Below are positions 12,560 through 24,740 of a DNA stretch of 64,000 bases, piece by piece. Origin of the DNA: Callorhinchus milii (taxonomy: Eukaryota); contig NW_024704742.1 in the NCBI RefSeq assembly GCF_018977255.1, positions 106,828,001-106,892,000 of the forward strand, written 5' to 3'. Position numbers and translations under genes: made by a program. Each line of letters begins with the position of its first letter. Positions within the stretch are counted from its first letter, which is position 1. The notes below the pieces were generated by a model. That model made no database searches and was not told where the DNA came from. It worked only from the letters and a program-made list of their open reading frames with translations.

Positions 12560-12930
12560 AATAATAAATAATACTTTGCATTTGCCTTATCCCCTCAACA
12601 AGAGATCAAGAGGATATAATATAAAGTGGAATGGCTGTATGTAATTTCTGGGTGAACGTAGCAACCAAGTTGCACACAACAATATCCTACAACAGCCATG
12701 GAAAGACTACTAATTGTATTTGGGGAAGTGTTAGCCAAGACAATGGAATAACCTTGTCTTTCTCGAATAGTGCCAAGGGATCTTTAATGTGCACATGGAC
12801 AGACAGAAAGAACTTCGGTTTAACATCTCATCTGATAATGCAGCACACAACTGCATTGGCGTGTTATCATAGACTACATGGGTTCCAAGTCCCAATTGAC
12901 TCAGAGGCAAGAGTGCTAACAACTGAGCCA
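12560..12930 (-). mobile_element. Deu-domain SINE, decayed
   Basis: Reverse complement of the gatgagatgttaaaccga...aaagatccc..ggcactattcgagaag Deu-like core, plus a tRNA-like head. Confidence 0.65.
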
Positions 12931-14006
12931 GGCAGGTACGCCGGTGTACAGCTAATTTCGACATATGGTACTTGGCATTCCTGAGAAATGGCAGACCAGC
13001 ATCCTGCAGGACACTGCAGGCAGGACTCATCTAGCTTTAATGTTCAGACATCAGCACCATCACAGATCTCCAGTATTAGGACTGTCAGCAATTACTGTCA
13101 TCACATGTGGATTCCAGCTTTTACTGACTGCATTTCTTCATTGATGGCCTCAATGGGCTTCCAAGATTTTTGCCCAAGATTACTGGGGCAGATGAGTGAC
13201 TCCTCACATAATTCTTTAATTCTAATGTTTCTCAAAGTGACCTATTGTTATAGTGGTCGACCATTTCAGCCCAAAATGCAAGTTAGTATGCAGGAAACGA
13301 TTGGGCCAGCTGCAAGAATATGCAATTCATGGGTCTATTGTGCAAGCATGTTATACACTAATTCACACTATAGTAAAGCATGTTATAATAGGGCTGCAAA
13401 GTATTTTAAAGCCAAATATCCTCATTTACAAGCTTCATCAATTAAGCGGTCCCGAGACACTACCCAGGTAAAGTTATTATCAATTATAAAGTCCATTATC
13501 AATGTGTGGGGTTTTGTAGTTTATTTAAAAAAGGGCACATAGTGAAATTTCATACAACTATTTTATAAAAGAGCATATAATTCATCATTCTGAGAATCAG
13601 AAAATATTGGAAATAAAACCTTTAATGCTTTGGATTTAATGCAAGTTGCTGTCTGCATCTGGGGAGGAATAAAATTACTACTGTACTCTCAAAAAAAGTA
13701 AGGAGTGATCCTTCTTTTCAACTGAGGATGCTTCAAGACAATTTATTTAATCTCTGAAATACAGGACTTAATCACCGGCCCCAAATCTCAATTGTGGTTA
13801 GGCCATAAAAAGGTCACAAAATACAGTCATATCATATTACAGTACACTGTTTCTCTTGACACAAAAATGATGCCTTATGAGAATATACATTATTGCTAAG
13901 TTTTGGCAGCATGAAACATATACTCGCAATCACTTTTAATCATTGTAGATTGATGACATTTTGTAAAATGACTATTATGTTGTTGTATTACTATAAAAAT
14001 AAATAA

Positions 14007-14306
14007 AAATAATAATCCCTGCGTTTGATATAGCGCCTTTCACGTCTTCTAGATGTCTCAAAACGTTTCACAGAATATACTGTAAAGTGAATTGTATATT
14101 TGTGGGTAAAACAAGGCAGCCAATTGAGCACAGCAGTGTCCCATAAACAGTCGTGGATTGAAGTGACAAATATTTTTTTTTCTTGAGGGATTATTATCAA
14201 GAGTGTACAGTAAGGAAACTTGCCCAAGGTTTTGCCCTACCAGGAATTGAACCCAGGTCTCTCGCTTGCGAGGCAAGTGCTCTCACCAATGAGCTACAGG
14301 ACTCCA
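14007..14306 (-). mobile_element. Full-length tRNA-derived SINE
   Basis: Same family as 9983-10304; B-box GGTTCAATTCC on the minus strand. Confidence 0.9.
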
Positions 14307-14446
14307 ACCACTGACCACTGCTCTTACCACTGAGCTACATTACTATACATTTTTACTACAATTGAAAATTATTGAACATTTGTACTGCTGTACCTTTAAA
14401 TGAGGGATTGCTGATGATTGTACTTGTGTAACTTGTTAACTTGCTA

Positions 14447-15251
14447 GTAATGCAAAGTGTTGCATTTTGGTAGGAAGAATGAGGAGAGGCAATACAAGCT
14501 GATGGTACAATCTTAAAGGGGGCAAATGAACAGAGAGACCTGGGGGTCCACATAAGCAAATCTCTGAAGGTGGCAGGACAGGTAGATAAAGCTGTTAAAA
14601 AAACTATACGGGATACTAGGGTTTATAAATAGGGGCATAGAATTCAAAAGTCAGGAGGTTATGTTGAATATTTATAAAATGTTGGTTAGGGCTTAGGAGT
14701 ACTGCGTTCAGTTCTGGGCACCGCACTTTAGGAAAGATGTTAAAGCATTGGAGAGGGTACAAAGGAGGTTCACCAGGATGGTACAAGGAATGAAGGAGCT
14801 TAGTTATGAGGAGAGGTTAGCAAAACTAGGATTATTCTCCCAAGAGCAGAGAAGATTAAGAGGGGATTTAATAGAGGTTTTCAAGATCATGAGAGGATGT
14901 GATAGGTTGAACTGGGAAAAACTGTTTCCACTGGCATGTGGGTCAGTAACCGGAGGACACTGATTTAAGATAGTTGTTAAAAGAAACAGAGGGAAGGTTA
15001 GGAAACATTTTTTCACCAGTGAGTTGTTCGGATCTGGAATGCATTACTTGAAAGGGTAGTGGAAGCTGATTCAATAACAACTTTTAAGAGAGAAGTAGAT
15101 GGGTATTTGGGGAGGACAAGGTTACAGGGCTATGGAGAGAAAGCAGGCCAGTGGGATTGAGTTGGTTTGCTCCTTTAGGAGCCGGCGCAGACGCGATGGG
15201 ACGAATGGCCTCTTTCTGTGCTGTATAATCATACTATGATTCTATGATTCT
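14447..15251 (+). mobile_element. CR1 LINE, 5'-truncated (end of ORF2 plus 3'UTR)
   Basis: Translates to LERVQRRFTRMV..LSYEERL..LGLFS..RRLRGDLIEVFKIM, typical of the CR1 ORF2 C-terminus; (ctatgatt)n tail. Confidence 0.92.
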
Positions 15252-16239
15252 AAATGAATAGGGTCTGCCTTTTCTTTATCTAATGTCCTTGCTCTGTCTG
15301 ATATAGTTCATGGGAAAAGGAATGTGCAACAGGTAGACCGTGTTAAGTGAGAAGTAAGACAAAGAAGTGGTGTCTGTGTGTGTGATAATTAGTCAGCCTT
15401 GCAAATAGATGTTTTTTGTAATGTGAGGAGTGAAAACAAGAAAATGGTATCTGTGAGCCAAACCAGACAGTTTTGAAGGTCACAAAAATATGTTTGCTCC
15501 TGTGTATAAATATGGGGCATTAACTAGCCAAAAGTTGGAACAGACACAGGCAGAAAAGAAAGAAGAAATTACAAAGAAGAAAACTCCTGTCATACTGCCA
15601 TAAAGGTTGAAAAGTTGATTTTCACCTATCTGCGTGAGCTTGATTGTCTCAAGATCCCGAACCACAAAGACTCAAAATTTTGGTCAACAATTTCATTTAA
15701 ATGAAATACAATTAAATAAAATTGAATTATAGTGACGGTTTGAGTCAACAATTCTGTGACACTCTTAGCTATCTCGACGAGACAGTAAATCAATTGCAAA
15801 GATGATGATTATTATTATTGTTATTATTATAATAAGTGAATGGTGATCACTGCTGATATGTTATATCAGGAAACCCACAACAGTTAAAATCTGTTCCTAC
15901 TGCTCTGTTGACTTCCTGTTCTGGATTGGTCAGATTAACCTCAAGTCCCTGAAGCTGTTTCACAGTTTGCACATTATCCATCAGGAGAAATTAATCATTT
16001 TATTTGCCAATATTTTGGTCCTTTTGGATTTGAACCGCATGATTCAGTGCAGACATGTGGAGAATATTTTCTATTACTCTCAGCCATGGAAAGATCTTGA
16101 GGTTTTATATTTATAGAATACTTCTATGGAGCGGAGTATACAAATCTGTAAAAATGAGATATATACAAACATTAAATGAAGGAGTAAATATTTCATGTTA
16201 ACAAGTTACATAACACGTTGCATACGCTGGCCAACAATC

Positions 16240-16428
16240 TCCCAGATAAAGTTGGTCATTCACTTCATAGTTGTTTGTAGGACATTGCTGTGCGCAAACT
16301 GCCTGCCGCGTTCGCCTACAAAATTTATAGTTAGTACACTTTACAGTAAATCCTGTGAAGCATTTTAAGGCATCCTCCTGACGTGAAAAGCGCTATATCA
16401 AATGCGCTTAGGATTAATTATTATTAAT
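16240..16428 (+). mobile_element. SINE 3' half
   Basis: ggacattgctgtgcgcaaa body and tgacgtgaaaagcgctatatcaaatgc tail. Confidence 0.75.
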
Positions 16429-18245
16429 TCTTCATAATGCACACACTGTTTGAACACAGACACGAATAAGCACTAAAATCTTCTATATGATCAAAAATAT
16501 TTAAAGGTTTCTTCTAACATGGTTTTCTTTATTGAAAATGCTTAATACCTATAGAGGGAATATTTGCCAAGTGGAAAATTCAACAGATCACTGTGTATCC
16601 TGTTTTTGGTCAGTCGGTGACTGATAAATTCGGAAACTCATCATCATGCTTAAGAGTATCCAAACCAAACCATTGCAAGTTCAAAATATGTAAGGGGATT
16701 TGTTTGTCTCGAATAGAGTGCACACTCTCCCCTCAAAGGAACTCACTGTGCTCACCTAATCTTGAAAAATATTTAGTGTAGATTGGCAAGAGCCCAGGCT
16801 TGGAGACCTCAGAATATGCACTGGGATACTGCTGGAGTTTAACTAGTTAAAACGACACAGCTTGTCATTTTGAACATTGACTAACAAAATTCTCCACTGC
16901 CTCTTCAGCTAGGATCACGCTTCCCATTAGGGCAATGACTTGCATGGTTAGTAGGAGCCAAGTGGAAAAAATCCCTAAACCCAGTAACTGGTCTGCTACT
17001 CCAATAGGTGGCCATGTGATGAGCAATTTTAATGACAATGCCCTTCATTAGTGTCAAACTCAATAAATTAAATTGGAACAAGTTTGCATCAGAACAGACG
17101 GCCGCTATTTTTATCAGGTTCCCAGAGCGAGTACAATCTCCTATCTGTACATCAGTAAACACAAAACAGATGTAAATCACAAACATTTTACAGAACACTG
17201 TTGAAAATCAACCAACAAGAATATCATGGTGGTTCCATGAGCATCATAGAGGAGATGCAGGAATAACATTTCCATGACATAAACAATGATCGTCTGAAAT
17301 CAACTGTTTATTTTTCCAAAATATATCTACCGCCATCTGTTTTTACAATACAACCTTTATCAACTGGATGGGAATACTTGATGAAACCTGAAAACTTCCC
17401 GTCTGCGATTTCCACACATGGAAGAATACATAAAATTAACCTTTTAAAAATAGCACAAAACCAGAATGACTGGGGTTCTATTTCAAAATGTCTTTCTTGC
17501 ATCAAATATTTTTCCTACATCTGTTTTTCAGGTTAAAGTCTATTCCCTAATTCTTACTGCCCATATTTTTCAAGTCAAGTCAAAGATGAGTGGGTGTGGG
17601 GTGAGGGGGTTGAGTAAATGCAGAGAAGACAGAAGGAGCATCCTAATACAAAGGAGGAGAACGAAAAGCCCACAAAATAGACAAACAGCATAGCACGAAG
17701 GAGAGTAAAGACAATAAGACCATAGCACCTGGCAATTGTGGTTGAGCTCGCGTCAGGTCATAGAAGTAGCCTCTGGGATCTCCCTCTGAAATTTAATTTC
17801 CAGAAGGACAATTGCATTCCATGAATCCATTTAATGTCCAGTAATCTGGTACTGTCAGTTTTGAGTAAGAAGAACTCAGCATGCTCAACGCACAGGAAGT
17901 GACATCGGTGGTAACCTGATTTGGTTTTGAATCACCATCTTTCTGCGCACATCCAAATTGTGATTTTATGAACCACAACTATTGCATTATAATGGGGCTC
18001 CAAGAATAGGGCAAAACTACATACAATAATGTCGCAAAATAGATGTGCATTTACAGATCCACCAAATAAACAAACATATTCAGCTATATCAATCACAGTA
18101 ATGGATTACTATGCTTTTGGATTCATTCAACAACATTTCTCTCAGGTACACATCATGCTCTTTGACTGCAAAGATTATTGTGGGGATAAGAAGTGGTCCA
18201 TGTATTTTACTCTCACATAAAAGTTAAAATTGAAAAACATTTCTT

Positions 18246-19035
18246 CATTGCAGATGACACCAAGTTAATGGTAGATTGCAAAGCTGAACAAGATAGGTTA
18301 CAGGAGGATTTGAACATAGTTAGGAATTGGGCAGACCGGTGCCAGATGAAATTCAACATAGATAAATGTAAAGTACTTCACATGGGGACAAAAAATCCAG
18401 GAAGGGACTATTAATTGAACGGAAGGAAAATAATATGTTTGGGAAATGAAAAGGACTTGGGGGTCCTGATGGACAATAAATTGAACCTCTCGCAACAATG
18501 CTGTGGCAGTGAGTGAAGCAAACCAGATGTTGGGATGTATCAAAACATCAATAGCAAGCCAAAATAGTGGGGTAATCCTGCCACTATATAAATCATTGGT
18601 GAGATATACAGTTGTGTACAGTTCTGGTTGTCGCAGTACAAAAAGGATATGGGAGAAATCGAGAGGATACAGAGGAGGGCAACCAGAACGATTGAGGGAA
18701 TGGAGGGACTGGACTATGAGGAGCGACTAAATAAATTGGGCATGTTCACGCTGGAAAGAGAAGATTGAGAGGAGGTATGATTGCTGGGTTTAAGATTCTG
18801 AAGGGGTGAGACAATGTAGATCATGACAGGCTGTTTCAACTCGTCAAGAATAGTAAAACCAGAGGACACAGCCTGCGATTTAAGGAGGGTAAATTCAGAA
18901 CGAGTCTACGGAAACACTATTTCAATGAGAGAATAGTAAACCTGTAGAACAGGCTCCCTAGGGAGATGGTTGAAGCAGGAAGTGTTGATTCTTTCAAATA
19001 CAAATTAGATAGTTTTATGAAATAATATTCTGGGA
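18246..19035 (+). mobile_element. CR1 LINE fragment (RT C-terminal region), frameshifted
   Basis: ADDTKL...LQEDL..WADRCQMKFNIDKCKVLHMG motif and VILPLYKSLVR. Confidence 0.9.
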
Positions 19036-21079
19036 TATCGTACATAGGTAGTTCAGGACATACGTGCATGCGACCGCCAAGAAGGTGGAAGGAGAACTGG
19101 ATGGAGGTAAGTCTTTTTTTTTGTCTAGCATTTCTTGTGTTCTCATGTTCATGCAGAAATCTCACTTTTTGGTAGTAAAAAGATATCCTGTTGAAATGAC
19201 CTCTCCCCCCATTCCCATTTCAGATCTTCCAGCCAGAGGAATAGTGCTCCACTGATGCACATAAAGAGTCAGTATTTCTTGTTTTGCGCAGAGCAAATGC
19301 ATCCTTCCCAATGCTCCAACTGTATTAAAAAATTCAAGATCCACTGAGTATTTGCCTCTGTTCTCGCACGTTTTTGAAGAACTACTTACAGGATAAAAAA
19401 AAACTGTGAGAAATGCACAGGAAAGCTAGTGGCACACAAATCATTTGAGGCACCAGGGGTCAACTGTATAAATTGTCATCTGACCTGGAACTGAATTATT
19501 TCAGTTTGAAGCACAAAAACTTGCAAATAAACTTGGAACCAGTAATATTGGATGCAAGGTGCAAGCAGAAATGGTATGTATGCAAGGCAAAATATGCAAC
19601 AAAAATGAAGCCAACTCCCATCAATTATTTTTAATATTTATGTATATGCATAGGTGAGGAAATGCTATGTACTGGAAGAATTCCCTTCCCTCTCCATCAG
19701 CAAATTCCCTTTACAGATTAGATAAATAAGGAATAATTTAGGGTGTAATTACTTACGCTCCCTACATCAAAAGTCCTTTCAAAATAACAGCACAACAACG
19801 ATTGTTGCCAGACCAATATTTCTTTTAAAAGCAGTTGAGTGGTTCCATTCAGTGAAAAGAAAGAAAATCATAGAAATTACAGCCCACAAGGAGGCTATTT
19901 GGCCTATTGAGTCTGTGCTATTTTGCCTTTAAAGCTGCAGAGCGTTTTGAAATCATCAGACCAATTAGTAGGTAGAAAATAAAGATCACAATCCTTGATT
20001 TCTAATAGTTATTGCTATCTTGCATTATGTAAAAGTGATATATTGTACTCCCAGGCCATAAGCCATCAATTAGTTCCAAAAGCATTATTAAATCTTCAAT
20101 TTCAGCTTCATCACACAAATCTCTGGGTTATTTTATTTGGACCCAAATAGTATATTGTTATTTGCATACTTCTTCGAATAATGTCTGCACAGAAATTCCA
20201 TCAGGTTGGCTCTCGTTATCTCTTGAAGGTTTATATTGGTTTCTATGAGAAATGATTCCTCAATACACCCCATGCTACATGTCATGAATATTTTATCAGA
20301 AGTGCTTTTCTTGAGATTAGATCAAAGCATCTGGATTTTGCTGAGCTGTTTAATATAAACATTCTCTGAACCATGTTAATCTTAATGTATTTTTTAAAAT
20401 TTGCATGTGGAATTTTATATCATGTGATATGACCTTGTTAACAGTTCTCCAGATAAAATTAAGCTTTACTTCATAGCTGTTGTGGGACTGTGCTGTGGTG
20501 CACACTGACTGCCTCGTGTGTGTACACAATCATTATACTTGACAGCAATTATTTGGAAAATGCTTTGAGCCATTTCAAGGTTACAGCCACTGTATCAAGT
20601 GCAAGAATTATTTCATTGTTACCACTTTTCCCCTAGCATATTTAAATACAGATTTCACAACGGAGGCTCTGTTTTTTGGTCTCTACCATCCCTCTAACCT
20701 CTCCCTTAAAATTCTCATCATATAGCAACCTCCCAAACCTCCCAATCAGTGGGTTTCTTGTCAAAATCTTCTCCTTCCTATTTTTTATGACCTTCTGAAC
20801 TGAGCGCCCCATCATGGCCAACTTCAACCTCCACTTCACCTTGTTTCTTCAATCTCCACCCTCCTCTCCACCCTCCATATAAGTTCCCCTAACATCTTCT
20901 AAAAATCCCTCTGCCTCGTTCCTTCCTCTCTGCTTTCAAAACCTGCCCTGAAGACCCATCTCTTTGATTGTGTTTTCAACCACCCCCAAAAGCTCAGGCT
21001 TCTAGTCAGTCTCTGCAAAGTGAATTGGAGGCATTCTCCCTGTGTGAAAAGTGGTATTTGTGTGAACTGTTGTTCTTAC

Positions 21080-21163
21080 CTCTAAATGCATGGATGTCGC
21101 CGTAGTGGACCTGAAGCACAATGTAGTTTATTCCAGAGTTTCCGCCAACTCTAAATCCAACTC
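21080..21163 (-). CDS. PAM: PAM coding exon 6 (GVGFRVGGNSGINYIVLQVHYGDIHAFR), with the third CuH His
   Basis: ttccttttccag| acceptor, GAG|gtaaga donor; 84 nt, phase 1 to 1; GVGFRVGG and VLQVHYG motifs. Confidence 0.97.
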
Positions 21164-22921
21164 CTGGAAAAGGAATAAGATGAAATACACATCTGGTTAG
21201 TTCAGTTACTGGTTAATGATTGCAGAAATGTGTCCTGCAGGGTACACACTTGCAATGAAAACTAATTGAAATCTAGGCACAAATAGTTAATCTAAAATAT
21301 TTAGGTCTTGATTTAAAGAACGCACATGCATTTTGATGACAATTGTTCTACTCAGCATTGTCAGCCTTATCCTAGGTCTACAGAGAAGGTGTGATTGGTA
21401 TAGGCAGGCCTCACCTCACCACACCACACCGCAAATCCATTCCATAGCAGTCATCATTCAACCAAGGCGAACCCAACCATTACATTTTTTCCTCTCGTCT
21501 TCTCCTCCCCAATCCTCCTCCCCCACTCCTTCAATCTTAGAAATAGGCAAAACTAAACAGGCTGAAGTGGGATTCAAGCTGGCGATTTCCAAATTGGGAA
21601 GCAAGCCTTCTGTCAAGCATTCCAAGAATCTATCTCTGGAATTTCCATGTGTAAGTGGGATGCATGGAATTCTCAGTTTGATTTGGATACTCTTAAGCAT
21701 GTTGATGGTTTTCCGCATGTGTCAGACACCCACCTGACCAAAATTAGATGCTATGCTGCTCCTAAAAAGAATGATTTCTAAATACAGGACACACCTCACA
21801 TGTTGTTCAGTAAAACTGATTGGTCTAATTTGTGGCAATTTATAATGCAATTCTATTCCCGTTGACCCAAGGGAACTCCACTTTAGATGTAGATCATGTT
21901 GAAATTGAATTCCCATGTGTAGACATCACGCAGTTACCAAGAACTCTTACCTGAATTCCTTATTTTGGAATCATATTAAGAAGTACAACAAATTAGACCC
22001 CAATATCATAAAAGATCTAAATGTCATAGTGAAACTGCTAACCAGCTTACCAGCTGACACAGTATTTGATTCAACTTGTCTATCTGCACTGTGCAAATAA
22101 TTCGCCATAAATCCTCAACCCTTTTCGATTCATACCTTGTCCTACAGCATATCATCTGCAATCCACACTGACAGCCTATCACTGCAATTTCATTCTTTTG
22201 CACTGACAAGCTTCCTCACCTTCAGTCTAGTGACCTGTGAAAACCCACGAATATTGAATCCAGGGAGAGATGATTGACATGAAACACTTGATTCTCTTAT
22301 CTTACAGAAGTCACATTCTTAACAGCACTAATCAACAACATAACAAGGAAGGATTTGGACACCCAGCCTACTTATACAATCTAACCTTGCCCTATATTCC
22401 AGCACACATTCTATGTTCTTCTGACTCTGGTCCACAACTTGCTCTCTACTCCCTTCACTTCATCTCTCCCACTGTGCACTTTGGTCAGTATTTTTTATAT
22501 CTCTCATTTCCGTGCTCAGTGTACATGACTACATTTGTCAAGGGCTTCAAGATATTGTGTCGTAATAGCTTATTAATTCACGTGATTAAATAATCACATG
22601 CACTTGATCAAGTTGTTGTTGCTGTGTGAAAATGTGTGAAAACTAAGCATGTAAAAAAAATGGCACTGACGTTTCACCGATGAGTACTTTCATTCATCCA
22701 TTTCATAATCTTGTAATATTTTGTAGTCATTTATTTTGATAAATCTTTTGATGTTATACAAGTAATATTACAATACTACATTTTATATGGTGAACTCTTG
22801 AAATAGGTTTGAAAAGAACATTGACAATGTAAATTATAATAATTGCATGATTGTACGTGACTGTCAGAAACCAGTCAGAGGTACTACATCTGAAAATGTA
22901 TTATAATATAAATACAAATGT

Positions 22922-23345
22922 CGGTAGGCTGAGATGGTAGGATTCTTGCTTCTGAGTCAGAAGGTTGTAGGTTCAAGCCCCACGTTGGAAACAATGAAGG
23001 CCTACACTGCAATATAGTGAAGGGAGTGAGAAGGGAGAGTTGCATTGTTGGAGGTAGCATCATTCGGTTCAAATGTTAACCCGAGGACCCATCTGCCTTT
23101 TAGGCGGTGATTAGATTCTAAAGCCTAATTCAGAAAGAGAAAGGAGTTTATCCCAGTGTCCTGGCTAACAATCCCCCAAATAAAACTGGTCATTCACTTC
23201 ATGACTGTTTGTGGGACATTACTGTGTGCAAATTGGCTGCTATATTGCCTAGAAACTGGTTAATCATTACCATTTACAGTAACTACATTTTATAGAAGTG
23301 CTTCAAGGCATCCTCTTGATATGAAAGGCAAGGAGTAGTATTGTT
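22922..23345 (+). mobile_element. Deu-domain SINE with tRNA-like head
   Basis: Head gtaggttcaagcccca; core gcattgttggaggt...gttaaccc gagg...gtgtcctggctaaca resembling the SINE3/AmnSINE1 Deu domain; L2-type tail. Confidence 0.75.
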
Positions 23346-24002
23346 ATTTCACAGTAATATTCTGTGAAAAGCTTTGAGACCCTGACAATGATAAAGCACT
23401 ATATTAAATGCAAAGATTATTATTTTCTGATACAAGCAATGTTTTCTTAAAAAAATGTTTTTCTCCCTTTATGTCGCAAGATTTTATACAATCCTTCTGT
23501 TCCTATTATAATTAGTTGAATCCATTATTTCTAACAGGACTTAAACAAATACATCTTTCAGCAACTGTATTATGTTGGTGAAAAACAGACATAGGAGGAA
23601 CACTGGTAAATCATCCTCAAACACTGATGTTATAGAAAACAATCAATTTCACCACAAAGACTTGAGTTGTGTAAATATTTGTCAACTAATAGGACTTAGG
23701 TATTAAATCTTTAAATACATATTAGTACCATGTTAAGTGCAAAACTTGTTTGTGTTCTTTTCAAATGTGCATTCTATGGCAACATTACGTATTGATGTAT
23801 TCCCGGCAGGCTGCAAAGTTGATGTGATGTTTGTGGCTAAAGGTCATAATCATTCAGAAAAGTGGGTAGCATACAAAAGCATGACGTATTTAAGAGGAAA
23901 CTTAATGTATACATAATGAAGGGAATAGATCGGCATGGGAGAGGGCATCAGGAGGGGTGGAGGCACTTAGGTTTGGGGTCAAATGATTCCGTTTCAGCGC
24001 TT

Positions 24003-24315
24003 TAATAATAATAATCCTTGCATTTGATATAGTGCTTTTCATGTTTTCTAGACATCTCAAAGCACTTCACAGAAAAGACTGTAATGTGAATTGACTGTAT
24101 ATTGGTGGGCAAAACGCAGCAGCCAATTGCGCACAGCAGTGTTCCACAAACATTCATGGAATGAAGTGACCAATTTATTATTGGGTTTTTTTCTTGAGGG
24201 ATTATTATCAGGTGTGTGGAGTAAGGAAACTTGCCCAAGGTTTCACCCTGCTGGGAATCAAACCCAGGTCTCTCGCGCAAAGTGAGTGCTCAATCCACTG
24301 AGCTACAAGACTCCA
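24003..24315 (-). mobile_element. Full-length tRNA-derived SINE
   Basis: Same family as 9983-10304. Confidence 0.9.
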
Positions 24316-24329
24316 CGCTATTGTAGTGC

Positions 24330-24740
24330 CGGGGGTGTACAGCATTGTCAGAGGTGCCATCCTTCAGTTGAGATCCTGTCTGCTTGTTCAGGTGGACGTT
24401 ATTAAAGATACATAGCACTATTCAAAAAAGGCAGTTTCTTGTCCTGGACAACAATCCCCCAATAAAATTGGCCAGTGCATTTCACAGTAAATGCATTGAA
24501 ATGCTGTACACTGTCCAGCGCCTTGGAACGTCCTCCCGACATGAAAGGCGCTATACAAGTGTAATCTTGTTGTTTTTGTTGTAATTCCTGTGAAGCACTG
24601 TGAGACATTTTGACAACAGGCAAGGATTACTATTTTTATATCAATTTCAACTAGCAAACTATTCTAGGGCATTATTCCTCTTCTTTGAGATGTCAACAAT
24701 GTGATAAGGCACTATATCAAATGGAAGGTTTATTATTACT
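24330..24740 (+). mobile_element. Cluster of Deu-SINE core and L2/SINE tail fragments
   Basis: gcattgtcagaggtgccatcctt core, ctgtccagcgccttgg...ttgttg L2 tail and further SINE tails. Confidence 0.65.

Noticed and set aside
12988..13542. 184-aa plus-strand ORF
   Set aside because: No recognisable motif, antisense within a PAM intron and no supporting gene structure; probably chance.
16905..17505. Minus-strand ORFs (97 and 65 aa) as extra PAM exons
   Set aside because: Exons 6 and 7 already join contiguously in the PHM sequence (AFR-DNHK), the peptides have no PAM similarity, and there are no convincing donor/acceptor pairs.
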